Positions 24,899 to 34,579 of a DNA stretch of 40,769 nt are shown piece by piece. The position numbers and the translations under genes are program-made. The notes below the pieces were generated by a model, which saw only the letters and a program-made list of their open reading frames with translations, ran no database searches and was not told the DNA's origin. Position 1 is the stretch's first letter. Each line of letters opens with the position of its first letter. Where the stretch lies: IMG/VR virus record IMGVR_UViG_3300045988_011209. One strand, written 5' to 3'. Source of the stretch: a virus.

Positions 24899-25910
24899 TT
24901 ACTGGGAGAAACGATATGAGCGGTTACTAGATGAATCGTTTCAAAAAGCGAATCTCACTGATGCGGAAATCAAAGCTAACTACGCCAGGGCGTTACGCAG
25001 GATAGAAAAGGCTATCAACGATTGGTATCGTAGGTTTGCTACAGAAAACGGACTTCAACTAGCCGAAGCAAGGAAACTACTGAACGCCTATGAGATGAAA
25101 GCCTTTAAAATGGATTTAGCTGAGTTTAAGGCAGAAGCTAAGAAAATCGGTGTATCTGAAGAACATCAACAAATGCTATCGAATGCATCCATTCGTGAGC
25201 GGTTAAGCCGTGAACAGATGCTGTATATCAACGTGGTTCACGAGCTCGAAATACTGGCACAAAAGCAGAGTATTTCACTTAATGACTTATTGAAAGACGT
25301 GTATCAGTCCTCCGCGTATAAGTCCGCATATACAGTGCAGACGCAACGCGGAGAATACTCACCTATTAATACGATTGATAGTAAGCGTGTTGATAGCGTG
25401 GTTCATAGTCAATGGGCGAGTGATGGCAAAGACTTCAGTAGTAGGATTTGGGGCGATACAAGTAAGTTAGTCGCTAACTTGCAGAATGATTTCACCCAAG
25501 CCCTTATTATCGGGCAAGGGGCGGACACGATGGCAGAAAATCTGCATAAGCGGATGAAGACGTCATACAGTAACGCTAAGCGGTTAATCGAAACAGAGAC
25601 GGCACGTGTTCACGAGCAAGGGTTTCTTGATAGTATGAAAGACCTAGATGTCGAGGAGTTAGAAATACTGGCTACACTCGATAGTCATACTTCTTCCATC
25701 TGCAGACACATGGATCGTAAACGAGTCAGAGTCGTAGATGCTAAGCCAGGCGTAACCGTTCCGCCGTTCCATTGCTATTGCCGGTCAACTACAATTCCAT
25801 ATATCCCTGGACTTGAAGGAACTAGAACAGGTAGAAATCAGAACGATAAGAGTACTGATTTTGATGGAGCGATTACCTACGAGGAATGGGAAAAAGAATA
25901 TATCAATTAG
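24888..25910 (+). CDS. head morphogenesis protein (Mu F-like / SPP1 gp7 family)
   Basis: Start chosen at the ATG at 24888 (MANDYWEKRYERL); the track ORF starts at 24861 in the same frame. Conserved block WASDGKDFSSRIWGDTSKL...ETETARVHEQGF, and a C-terminal Cys pair region CRHMDRKRV...FHCYCRST. Confidence 0.8.
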   Translation: MANDYWEKRYERLLDESFQKANLTDAEIKANYARALRRIEKAINDWYRRFATENGLQLAEARKLLNAYEMKAFKMDLAEFKAEAKKIGVSEEHQQMLSNASIRERLSREQMLYINVVHELEILAQKQSISLNDLLKDVYQSSAYKSAYTVQTQRGEYSPINTIDSKRVDSVVHSQWASDGKDFSSRIWGDTSKLVANLQNDFTQALIIGQGADTMAENLHKRMKTSYSNAKRLIETETARVHEQGFLDSMKDLDVEELEILATLDSHTSSICRHMDRKRVRVVDAKPGVTVPPFHCYCRSTTIPYIPGLEGTRTGRNQNDKSTDFDGAITYEEWEKEYIN

Positions 25911-25938
25911 CAGCGGAAACGCTGCTTTTTTATTGCCA
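25911..25938 (+). terminator. rho-independent terminator
   Basis: GCAGCGGAAACGCTGC followed by TTTTTTATTG. Confidence 0.6.
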
Positions 25939-26023
25939 TTTTAGTATTGTTGGGCGATAACTAACAAGACCGTAGCCGTGAGGTGTGGCTCACGAAAATA
26001 AAGCGAAATGGGTATTTTTTAAG

Positions 26024-26647
26024 GAGGTCACTATGACTAAGGAAGAATTGTTAGCACTAGGATTAACTGAAGAACAGACTGCTAAGGTCGTTGAAGACTA
26101 TGGCAAGAATTATGTGTCTAAGGATCAATTCAATGCTAAGAATGAGGAACTCAAATCCGTAAAAGGAGAACTCACGACTCTTAACAGCGAGATTGATAAC
26201 CTCAAAAAATCTAATGCGGATAATGCGGAGCTTGCGAAACAAATTGAAACGATGAAAGCTGATGCAGAAACTCGTAAAGCTGAATACGAGGGTAAAATCG
26301 CACAACTTGAAATCGACAATATTGTAAACGTAGCATTGTCCAACGCAAAAGCTAAAAACAACGTTGCGGTCCGTGCACTCTTGGATTTAACCGATGCAAA
26401 AGTGAAGGATGGCAAAATCAAAGGATTAGATGAACAGCTTGCTGAAGTTGCCAAAGCTAATCCTTATTTATTTGGGGAAGCGTCCGCCCCTAAAGGTGTA
26501 GCGCCTGGTAACCCTGGCGGTAAAGCACCAAGTGGCGCAGTAACAAAAGAAGACTTCGCTAAAATGACGTACTCTCAACGGGCGGAGTTATTCGCAAACG
26601 ATGTTGAACTTTACCATTCATTAACAGGAGGAAACGCTAATGAATAA
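26024..26647 (+). CDS. scaffolding protein (GP20-like; coiled-coil)
   Basis: Start chosen at the ATG at 26024 with RBS AAGGAGGT; the track ORF starts at 25985. Heptad-rich and acidic. Immediately precedes the capsid gene. Confidence 0.55.
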   Translation, partial: EVTMTKEELLALGLTEEQTAKVVEDYGKNYVSKDQFNAKNEELKSVKGELTTLNSEIDNLKKSNADNAELAKQIETMKADAETRKAEYEGKIAQLEIDNIVNVALSNAKAKNNVAVRALLDLTDAKVKDGKIKGLDEQLAEVAKANPYLFGEASAPKGVAPGNPGGKAPSGAVTKEDFAKMTYSQRAELFANDVELYHSLTGGNANE

Positions 26648-27524
26648 ACAATTCTCTTTTAATTTACAAACATTCGCAGCAGGTCCTACGCAAACTGCTA
26701 ATGTAGTTAACCCTCAAGTAATGGCGGACATGGTATCCGCAGGTTTACCAAAAGCTATTAAATTTACTTCTATCGCTAAAATCGATAACAAATTGGCAGG
26801 CGTGCCTGGTAACGAAATCACTATTCCTGCATGGGGCTACATCGGTGATGCGGAAGACATCGCAGAAGGTGTAGAAGTAACTGCAACTCAAATGTCCACA
26901 TCCGTTGCTAAAGCTAAGATTAAAAAAGCAATGAAACGCGTTGATATCACAGATGAAGCTAAATTGTCCGGCTATGGCGACCCAGTAGGCGAAGCTACAC
27001 ACCAATTACGTTTGTCCTTGGCTTCTAAAATCGACCAAGACGTAGTAACAGCTCTTGGCGGTGCGACTCTTACTGTAACTGATACAAAAGTTATTTCCTA
27101 CGAAGGTGTCGTTAACGCAGTAGATAAATTGAACGAAGAAGACTACGTTGAAAAATATTTGTTCGTAGCACCTTCTCAAATTACAGCTCTTCGTAAAGAC
27201 GCTAACTTCATTGATAAAACAAAATACGGTAACGACGTTATGATGACAGGTGAAATCGGTATGATTGCCGGCTGTCGTGTTGTAACATCTCGCCGCATCA
27301 ATGACACAGGCGCAACTGTTGATAACTTTATCGTTGGTGTAACAGCAGAAGTTGAAGACGGTACACCTGTATTACCTGCAGTTACAATTTACATCAAACG
27401 TGATGTTGTTGTTGAATACGATCGTGTTCCTGAAAAAGGCTTAGACAAATTCGTTGCTAACGAACACTACGTTGTTGCATTGACTAACCAATCCAAAGTT
27501 GTAAAAGCTACATTCAAAAAATAG
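26640..27524 (+). CDS. major capsid protein
   Basis: A 294-aa ORF directly after the scaffold gene. It is by position the likely major head component. Confidence 0.6.
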   Translation: MNKQFSFNLQTFAAGPTQTANVVNPQVMADMVSAGLPKAIKFTSIAKIDNKLAGVPGNEITIPAWGYIGDAEDIAEGVEVTATQMSTSVAKAKIKKAMKRVDITDEAKLSGYGDPVGEATHQLRLSLASKIDQDVVTALGGATLTVTDTKVISYEGVVNAVDKLNEEDYVEKYLFVAPSQITALRKDANFIDKTKYGNDVMMTGEIGMIAGCRVVTSRRINDTGATVDNFIVGVTAEVEDGTPVLPAVTIYIKRDVVVEYDRVPEKGLDKFVANEHYVVALTNQSKVVKATFKK

Positions 27525-27536
27525 TAGGTGAATAAT

Positions 27537-27905
27537 ATGACCACGAAAGAGACAGTTTTACAAATTCTTGAATCGTGGCTCGGGTATGATGCAATTTCTG
27601 ATATAAATATCATTGAGTATATGGTTGATGCGGAAACACAACATATCCTCAATGATATCAATCAGAAAGAACTACCTAGCGAATTACAGCACGTTCTCGT
27701 ATATCGTGTAATTGGCAGCTATATCACCACAAACAAAAACAAATTGATTGAAGCTGACGGAGAAATGGCGAGCTCCATTAAAATGGGCGATACTGAAGTT
27801 CAATTTAAAGGAACAGACAAGGCGTCCCGTCTCCAAGAATTGGCCACCGCTTTGAGTGGATATGGAAGGGGTGACCTAGCATGCTTCCGACGGCTAAGAT
27901 GGTAG
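27537..27905 (+). CDS. head-tail connector / head completion protein (putative)
   Basis: Start chosen at the ATG at 27537 with RBS AGGTGA; the track ORF starts at 27528. Called by position only. Confidence 0.4.
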   Translation: MTTKETVLQILESWLGYDAISDINIIEYMVDAETQHILNDINQKELPSELQHVLVYRVIGSYITTNKNKLIEADGEMASSIKMGDTEVQFKGTDKASRLQELATALSGYGRGDLACFRRLRW

Positions 27906-28252
27906 ACGCTGCTAGAAAGCAGTTAGAACGATTATACGATTGTACGTGTTATGTTATCTCCGAAGCGGATGCAATGGACCCCGATACTGGAATTATGAGT
28001 AAAACTGCCAGTAGAGAGGGTCCTTTTGCTTGTAGAATTAGCTATAAAACTCTCTCTACAGGTCAAATCGCTGAGATTGCAAAATTTAGTACCACCACGG
28101 TACTTTTCACCGCTCCGGAGGTAATCATACCTAATGGGGCTCGAATCGAGCTTATAGGGCGAAATACGAAGCAACTTTTTCGCAGTGCTTCGATTTCTGC
28201 ACGATATGACACACATCAAGAGGTGCAACTCGAAAATTTAGAGGTGCATTGA
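27881..28252 (+). CDS. head-tail adaptor (putative)
   Basis: Called by position only. Confidence 0.35.
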   Translation: MLPTAKMVDAARKQLERLYDCTCYVISEADAMDPDTGIMSKTASREGPFACRISYKTLSTGQIAEIAKFSTTTVLFTAPEVIIPNGARIELIGRNTKQLFRSASISARYDTHQEVQLENLEVH

Positions 28253-28253
28253 C

Positions 28254-28772
28254 ATGGGTGTTGAATTTGATATGGACGAATTTGCTGAATTTAATCGAAG
28301 CCTGGTCAAACTGAGCCAATCAGGTAACCTTCAGAATTTCAATAAACAAGTTGTGAAGGAAATGGCCAGCGTGTATGTGCGCGAAGCTAAATTGAACACA
28401 CCGGTCGGAAAACGATCGGTTAAATTCATGCAAAACGGCAAAGTACAAACAAAGTATTTTGATAGTGAGCATACCCGCCAATCGTGGAGTGTTGGTAGAT
28501 ATCAACTGAATGAAAAAACCGGACGGGTTGAGGTGTTTAACACGTCCTCTTACGCCTCGTTTCTTAATGATGGCCATAGGCAAGAAGTTGGGAGATTTCT
28601 TCCGTGGATAGGTCAATCTAAAGGCGGAGTTATGCAAGGCGGTAGACTGAAAAAGCCTTGGGTAGACGGTGCGTACATGCACGAGAAAGCTGAAAAGGCA
28701 CTCAGTAAAAACGCTAAACGTATTATGGAAATTACATTAAAGAAATGGATTGAAAAGCATGGTGGATTCTGA
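28254..28772 (+). CDS. HK97 gp10-like head-tail joining / tail-component protein (putative)
   Basis: NTPVGKRSVK-type motif and its position in the module. Confidence 0.4.
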   Translation: MGVEFDMDEFAEFNRSLVKLSQSGNLQNFNKQVVKEMASVYVREAKLNTPVGKRSVKFMQNGKVQTKYFDSEHTRQSWSVGRYQLNEKTGRVEVFNTSSYASFLNDGHRQEVGRFLPWIGQSKGGVMQGGRLKKPWVDGAYMHEKAEKALSKNAKRIMEITLKKWIEKHGGF

Positions 28773-29196
28773 TGTATTAACAGCTGTATCTAAAGCCGTA
28801 CATACGGCACTTAACGTGCCTATATACCTAGAATTCAAAGAAAACAATATGACATTCCCCTGCGCATATATCAAGGTGATTGAACCTAGTATGGGCAGAC
28901 ACGTCGGTGATCTTTACAACACTTCTTTGGATTTAGACATCATGTATTACGCCAATAATCTTGATGTGGTTACTGATACGCGAAAACTCATTGATATTCC
29001 TAGTGTGCTGTACCTACTGCTTGAATTTGTACAAGTTGGGGAACGGACAATTATGGGCACCGGTATGAAGTACAAGATTTCAGATGGTGTGCTGCACTTC
29101 TTCGTAACGTATGAGAACATACTACGGAGAGTGGCCAAACCTATCGAACGTATGAAGCACATGGAATTAACAGAAAGGGTAAAAGATGGCAGATGA
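28750..29196 (+). CDS. tail completion / neck protein (putative)
   Basis: Called by position only. Confidence 0.35.
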   Translation: MKSMVDSDVLTAVSKAVHTALNVPIYLEFKENNMTFPCAYIKVIEPSMGRHVGDLYNTSLDLDIMYYANNLDVVTDTRKLIDIPSVLYLLLEFVQVGERTIMGTGMKYKISDGVLHFFVTYENILRRVAKPIERMKHMELTERVKDGR

Positions 29197-29377
29197 AAAA
29201 CAAGCAGTCGAGGTAACGACTGAACAACAATTTGATGCTTACGCTATCATTGCATCTGACAAATATAGACGGTATCGTGATTTACTCACTTGCCTTCTTA
29301 ACGAAGATGAAATGTATACGGAAAGCGACATTGATAAGATTTTAAATCAGGCATTAGCAACGCCTGTGAAAGGTTAG
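29186..29377 (+). CDS. small acidic hypothetical protein (63 aa) upstream of the sheath gene
   Basis: ORF overlapping the upstream stop. No motif recognised. Confidence 0.3.
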   Translation: MADEKQAVEVTTEQQFDAYAIIASDKYRRYRDLLTCLLNEDEMYTESDIDKILNQALATPVKG

Positions 29378-29383
29378 TGAAAT

Positions 29384-30739
29384 ATGGCATTAGGTGGTGG
29401 CACATTCTTATTCCACAATAAAGTATTGCCAGGTACTTATATTAACTTCGTATCCAAAGACCGAGCATATGCAGAAGTATCTGACCGCGGCTTTGGTGCG
29501 ATGATGCTCTCCTTTGATTGGGGTCCAAGCGGTGAAGTGTTCCGTGTAGATAACGACACGTTCCAAAAGGATTGCCAAAAATACTTTGGTTATGACTACG
29601 GTCATGACAAAATGAAGGGCTTACGTGACTTGTTCCGCGGCTTGAAAACTGGTTACTTCTACCGCTTAAACTCTGATGGTGCGCAAGCTACAAGCACAAT
29701 CGGTAAAGCAAAATATAAAGGTATTCGTGGTAACGATTTGGGTGTATCTGTTCAAGCTGATCCAGATAACACAGGTAAATTCATCGTAACTACTTACCTT
29801 ACTACTGGCGATGTTCGTAAAGCAGTAGATATTCAAAAGAACTTGAAGAATGCGACAGAACTGCAAGATAACGATTACATCGTATTCACTAAAACTGGCG
29901 CATTAACTACTACAGCTTATACTGCACTATCCGGTGGTACTAACGGCTCCACAATCACCGTTAAGAACTACCAAGACGGCATTGATATGCTTGAACCTTA
30001 CTACTTCAATACGTTGGGTTACGCTGGTGCGGACGACACAATTAAGAACTTGCTTATTGCATTTACTAAACGCTGTCGTGAACAAAGTGGCGCTAAATTC
30101 CAATTAGTGATTCATGGTAAGACTGGGGTCAACTATGAAGGTGTTATCTCCATCCTTAATGACGTAACTGATGAAGGTGCCGAAAGAGGCTCTTTGGTGT
30201 ACTGGACATTAGGTCAAGAAGCATCTTGCAATATCAATGCTACAGTAGGCAACATGATTTATGATGGTGAATACACTGTAAACGTTAAGTACAAACAGTT
30301 CGAACTTGAACAAGCTATCAAAGATGGCATGTTTATGTTCCACAATGTTACTGACTCCGTTGGCGGTAATATCCAAGGCGACGTTCGCGTATTGAAAGAC
30401 ATCAACACATTTACTGAATTCAGTAAAGCTAAAAACCGCGACTTCTCTCTTAACCAAGTCATTCGTGTATTGGATAACTGGGCAGTTGACGGCGCTAGAT
30501 TGTTTAATAAAACACATCTTGATAAATCCCCTAATGACCAAGCTGGACGTGAGTCCTTATGGGGCGACCTTGTATATCTTGCTGAGCAGTACCAAAAAGT
30601 ACGTGCTATCCAAAACTTCGATGATAAAGACATCCCAGTACCTACGCAAGGCGATAACAAGGAAGATGTATTGGTTAACGTACAATTACAGCCAACTGTG
30701 GCTATGGAAAAATTGTACATGACTGTTGTAGTAGCCTAG
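29384..30739 (+). CDS. contractile tail sheath protein (XkdK-like)
   Basis: 451 aa, followed by a tube protein of about 164 aa, a chaperone with a frameshift, and a tape measure gene. This is the PBSX-like myovirus layout. Confidence 0.7.
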   Translation: MALGGGTFLFHNKVLPGTYINFVSKDRAYAEVSDRGFGAMMLSFDWGPSGEVFRVDNDTFQKDCQKYFGYDYGHDKMKGLRDLFRGLKTGYFYRLNSDGAQATSTIGKAKYKGIRGNDLGVSVQADPDNTGKFIVTTYLTTGDVRKAVDIQKNLKNATELQDNDYIVFTKTGALTTTAYTALSGGTNGSTITVKNYQDGIDMLEPYYFNTLGYAGADDTIKNLLIAFTKRCREQSGAKFQLVIHGKTGVNYEGVISILNDVTDEGAERGSLVYWTLGQEASCNINATVGNMIYDGEYTVNVKYKQFELEQAIKDGMFMFHNVTDSVGGNIQGDVRVLKDINTFTEFSKAKNRDFSLNQVIRVLDNWAVDGARLFNKTHLDKSPNDQAGRESLWGDLVYLAEQYQKVRAIQNFDDKDIPVPTQGDNKEDVLVNVQLQPTVAMEKLYMTVVVA

Positions 30740-30750
30740 GAGGATAACGC

Positions 30751-31245
30751 ATGGAAAATGAAATTTTAGATGCATTGAAAACGATGGATGCAGCTGACGT
30801 TGTTTCTTCTAAATTAGCGTCTTGCTATATCGTAGAGAACGGTAACCGATACTTACTGTTTCAAGCTAAGAAACTTAGCGCAAAAATTAAAAAGAATAAA
30901 GAAAAAGTGGCAATCTTGGGCCGTATTGGTGCGGGTAATAAGTCTACCTCCGTAGAATACAGCGGTAGCTTAACGATTTACCATAACACAGCTTTATTCG
31001 ATAAGATGGTTGAAAAATACTTGAAAACTGGCGTGGATACATACTTTGACATGCAAGTAGTTAACAACGATCCAACTTCTAAAGCTGGTCGCCGTTCTGT
31101 AATTCTAAAAGGTGTGAACCTTGATGAATTAACAGCAGCAGAGTTCGACGCTGAAGGCAAATACATCGAACAAGAACATAACTTCACTTATGAAGGTGTT
31201 AAATATGTTCAACACTTTAATGAATTAGACGGGATGCAAGCCTAG
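30751..31245 (+). CDS. tail tube protein (XkdM-like)
   Basis: 164 aa immediately after the sheath gene. Confidence 0.7.
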   Translation: MENEILDALKTMDAADVVSSKLASCYIVENGNRYLLFQAKKLSAKIKKNKEKVAILGRIGAGNKSTSVEYSGSLTIYHNTALFDKMVEKYLKTGVDTYFDMQVVNNDPTSKAGRRSVILKGVNLDELTAAEFDAEGKYIEQEHNFTYEGVKYVQHFNELDGMQA

Positions 31246-31264
31246 TGCTTGCTCCCTTTTTTTA
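31235..31264 (+). terminator. leaky terminator-like hairpin overlapping the tube stop codon
   Basis: GCAAGC-CTAGT-GCTTGC followed by TCCCTTTTTTT. Confidence 0.4.
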
Positions 31265-31277
31265 GGAGGTTTTTACA

Positions 31278-31706
31278 ATGGCTGAAAATTTAAGCGCATT
31301 CCTTAAACAAAACGTTGATGTAGTCAATGAGACTGAATACGTAGCATCTAAACGTATCAAAGTGAATGGTGAGCCAGTAGCATGGAAGATTAAAACATTA
31401 GCTACTGATGAAACAGAAAAAATGCGTAAGAAATACACTAAACGTATTACAGACCGCATCACTCGTCAATCTGAAGAACGATTTGACGCGACTGCATACA
31501 ACGAAGATGTGCTATCTAAGGCAATCACTTACCCTAATCTTTATGATGCGGAACTTCAAGATAGCTGGGGCGTAACTGAACCGGTTGAGCTTGTAAAAGC
31601 AATGCTCACACCAGGCGAATATGCTGACCTTTTGGCAGCCGTAACAGAAGCCCAAGGCTATGATGTTGGCATGGAAGATAAGGTAAAAGAAGTAAAAAAC
31701 TCCTAG
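31278..31706 (+). CDS. tail assembly chaperone (XkdN-like), short form
   Basis: Position between the tube and tape measure genes. The slippery heptamer AAAAAAC sits at its 3' end. Confidence 0.65.
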   Translation: MAENLSAFLKQNVDVVNETEYVASKRIKVNGEPVAWKIKTLATDETEKMRKKYTKRITDRITRQSEERFDATAYNEDVLSKAITYPNLYDAELQDSWGVTEPVELVKAMLTPGEYADLLAAVTEAQGYDVGMEDKVKEVKNS

Positions 31707-31876
31707 AATCCAATGAAACAGAAACGATGTTCGCATATTTGGCATTTGTTAAATACCATATGCGACCTTCTGTTTTTGCGGATATGGACATGAATGAAAA
31801 GGCTGTAGTAATTGCCTTTATTCAGCAACATGCCAAAGACGAGCAAGATGAAATGAATAAGGCAAAAAGGGGGTAA
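31278..31876 (+). CDS. tail assembly chaperone, -1 frameshifted long form (frameshift at AAAAAAC, 31694..31700)
   Basis: After a -1 slip the reading continues KKLLESNETETMFAYLAFVKYHMRPSVFADMDMNEKAVVIAFIQQHAKDEQDEMNKAKRG to a TAA at 31874..31876, ending just before the tape measure start. Confidence 0.5.
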
Positions 31877-31879
31877 TGA

Positions 31880-33895
31880 ATGGCTACACTTTCTAACTAT
31901 ATAAGCCTCTCTACTAATATTCCTAATGCTATGAACGCAGCCGCAAACGCAACAACTAAAGCCTATCAATCCATGAACACACTTCACAATAAGATGAACG
32001 GCGTATCGAATGCTAGTGAAACACTAAAAGCTAGCATGGGTGGTATCATGAACAGCTTCGCCGGTAACCTGTTGGCTAGTACCGTGATGAATGGCATTGG
32101 CGCTATAAAAGGTGCTATTGAATCGATTCAAGATACTGCTACAGAATGGGCACAGGTGCAAGCTCGCCTTAAATTGGTAGCCGGTAGCCAGGAAAACGCT
32201 ATTTACCTAAATAAGCAAATATTTGAGTCCGCACAGCGTGCAAGAGGCGGGTATTTGGAAATGGCGGACGCCGTAATCCAAGTATCTCAATCCGCGCATG
32301 ATGCGTTCCCGGACCCAAGAAAAGCCGTAGAATTTATGGAAGGTATCCAAAAGGTATTCGCTATTGGCGGTGCATCGAAAGAAGCGCAAAAGAACGCCAT
32401 GCTTCAGTTAACGCAAGGTCTAGCATCTGGTCAATTACAAGGTGACGAGTTCCGGTCTATTGCTGAAAACGCGCCTATGATTGAAAACATCATTGCTAAA
32501 TCTATGGGCGTATCTCGTGGCGAACTTAAGAAGCTAGCATCGGAAGGCAAGATTACTGCTGAAGTAATTAAAAACGCTATTATGAATAACTTGCCTGAGA
32601 TTGAAAAGCAGTTTGAATCGCTTCCTAAAACATGGGGCGATCATATGCAGTCGATTAAGAATAAAGCTATTCGGGCGTTCGAGCCTGTGTTCCAGCGAAT
32701 ATCTGACCTTGCTAATAGCGAGGGTATCCGTGAGTTAGTGGATAACGTAACGGGAGCTATCCAAACAGTAGCACCGGTATTTTATTGGCTCGTAGGTGTT
32801 ATCGGTGAAACGATTAATACTGCAGTATGGGCATTTAACACGTTATCTAACTTTGTCAGACAGCACTCGTCTATCATGTATACAGCAATGATAATACTGG
32901 GCGGAGTTATGGCGTTCTACGCAATTCAAGCTGGTATAGCAGCCGGAAGAACGATTCTCGCTGCAGGTGCTATGGCGATTAAGGCCGTAGCAGATTGGGC
33001 GGAAACTGCTGCTCTGTTGGCAATGATTGTAGCTCAAGAAGGATTGAACGCCGCATTATATGCGTGTCCGTTAACATGGGTAATCAGTTTAATTGTTGCA
33101 GTTATAGTCGTAATCTACTTAGCTGTAGAAGCTATTAACTATTTCTGTGATGCGAATATTAGCGTACTAGGAATCGTAGTTGGTGCTTTTTGGGCGTTCG
33201 GTTCCGCTATTTTCAATGTGTTTGCTTTGGGATGGAACATCATCGCGGCATTTGTTAATTTCTTGGCCAACGTATTTAAAGACCCATTACATGCAGTCGC
33301 TAACTTGTTTATCGATATATGGAATGGTATTTGGCAATTCGTGAAAGCCCGGATTAACGATATTATCGATGCGATTAATAAAATTCCTGGCGTAAATATC
33401 GATAAGGTAGGCGGGTCTACTGGCGTACTAGAACGGTTCGAGATTGCCGGCGGTGAAACTACCGTCATGGGTAAGATGGATTATTCTAGTGTTACAGGGG
33501 CTTTCGGTGAAGGCTATAACATTGGGGCTAACCTTAGCCTAGGTGATTTAATGCCTAGCATGCCTGGTATTAAAACTCCTCAAGAGTTCGACGCTAGCAA
33601 AATTACTCCAGGTGCTGACCATGATGCGGCCGATAAGACTAAGAAAAATACAGGTAAGACTGCCAAGAACACAGGCAAGATTGCCAAGTCTATCGACATG
33701 ACAAATGAGGAAATCAAGGCACTTCGTGAAAGTGCTATCGATAAGTCCTTGAAGAGATGGCAAGATGCGAATGTAATTCACATCCAAATGAATAACGATG
33801 TGGAAATCAATAACGGCACTGACCTAGATGGCTTTACAAGTCAAATCTCGAAAGGCTTAAAAGATGCATTTGCAATTCAAAGGGAGGGAATCTAA
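31880..33895 (+). CDS. tail tape measure protein
   Basis: 671 aa. Coiled-coil N-terminal region, central hydrophobic segments, position after the chaperone genes. Confidence 0.85.
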   Translation: MATLSNYISLSTNIPNAMNAAANATTKAYQSMNTLHNKMNGVSNASETLKASMGGIMNSFAGNLLASTVMNGIGAIKGAIESIQDTATEWAQVQARLKLVAGSQENAIYLNKQIFESAQRARGGYLEMADAVIQVSQSAHDAFPDPRKAVEFMEGIQKVFAIGGASKEAQKNAMLQLTQGLASGQLQGDEFRSIAENAPMIENIIAKSMGVSRGELKKLASEGKITAEVIKNAIMNNLPEIEKQFESLPKTWGDHMQSIKNKAIRAFEPVFQRISDLANSEGIRELVDNVTGAIQTVAPVFYWLVGVIGETINTAVWAFNTLSNFVRQHSSIMYTAMIILGGVMAFYAIQAGIAAGRTILAAGAMAIKAVADWAETAALLAMIVAQEGLNAALYACPLTWVISLIVAVIVVIYLAVEAINYFCDANISVLGIVVGAFWAFGSAIFNVFALGWNIIAAFVNFLANVFKDPLHAVANLFIDIWNGIWQFVKARINDIIDAINKIPGVNIDKVGGSTGVLERFEIAGGETTVMGKMDYSSVTGAFGEGYNIGANLSLGDLMPSMPGIKTPQEFDASKITPGADHDAADKTKKNTGKTAKNTGKIAKSIDMTNEEIKALRESAIDKSLKRWQDANVIHIQMNNDVEINNGTDLDGFTSQISKGLKDAFAIQREGI

Positions 33896-34579
33896 ATGTA
33901 TTACTTCTATATGGGGACGATGCAGATACCGATTCCCCCTAAAGAATTAACCACTACTATCAATGGCAAGAACGAAACAATGGAACTATTGGGGAAAGGC
34001 GAAGTTAACGTTATTAAACCTGCAGGGCTTACTGACATTGCTTTTAAACTCTTGTTGCCTAACTCTGATTATCCATTTAATGAGTCCTTGGTCTTTAAGT
34101 CTAAGAAGGCTAAGTACTACATCGATGAACTCGAAAAACTCAAAACTACAAAGACGATCTTCCAATTTATCGTAGTTCGAATGAAACCAGGCGGACAGAT
34201 GCTGGCCATGACTAACATGAAGTGTACGCTTGAAAACTACGTCATAGAAGAAGATGCAGATAATGGTTTTGATTCGTATGCTAGTGTTACCTTGAAACAG
34301 TGGAAACCTTGGGGTGCTAAACGAATTGAAGTGAAGACCGACAAAGACGGTACTGCGAAAGGTAGCGTTAAGTCGGACAGACCTACGGATGGCAAGGTGG
34401 CCGTATCAACTGCCAAAGTCTCCAAAGGGCAGACTTTACAGCAAATTGTTAAGAAGCAACTAGGTAATACGGATAACCTATTCCAAATTGCAGCACTTAA
34501 CAAAATCGCTGTTCCTGCTATCTTGGGAGTTGGCCAAATCGTTCAGCTTAAACGAGAGGGTAATAACGAATGGCTATAG
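33896..34579 (+). CDS. XkdP-like tail protein with a C-terminal LysM domain
   Basis: C-terminus GQTLQQIVKKQLGNTDNLFQIAALNKIAVPAILGVGQIVQL is a LysM-like motif. Confidence 0.65.
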   Translation: MYYFYMGTMQIPIPPKELTTTINGKNETMELLGKGEVNVIKPAGLTDIAFKLLLPNSDYPFNESLVFKSKKAKYYIDELEKLKTTKTIFQFIVVRMKPGGQMLAMTNMKCTLENYVIEEDADNGFDSYASVTLKQWKPWGAKRIEVKTDKDGTAKGSVKSDRPTDGKVAVSTAKVSKGQTLQQIVKKQLGNTDNLFQIAALNKIAVPAILGVGQIVQLKREGNNEWL

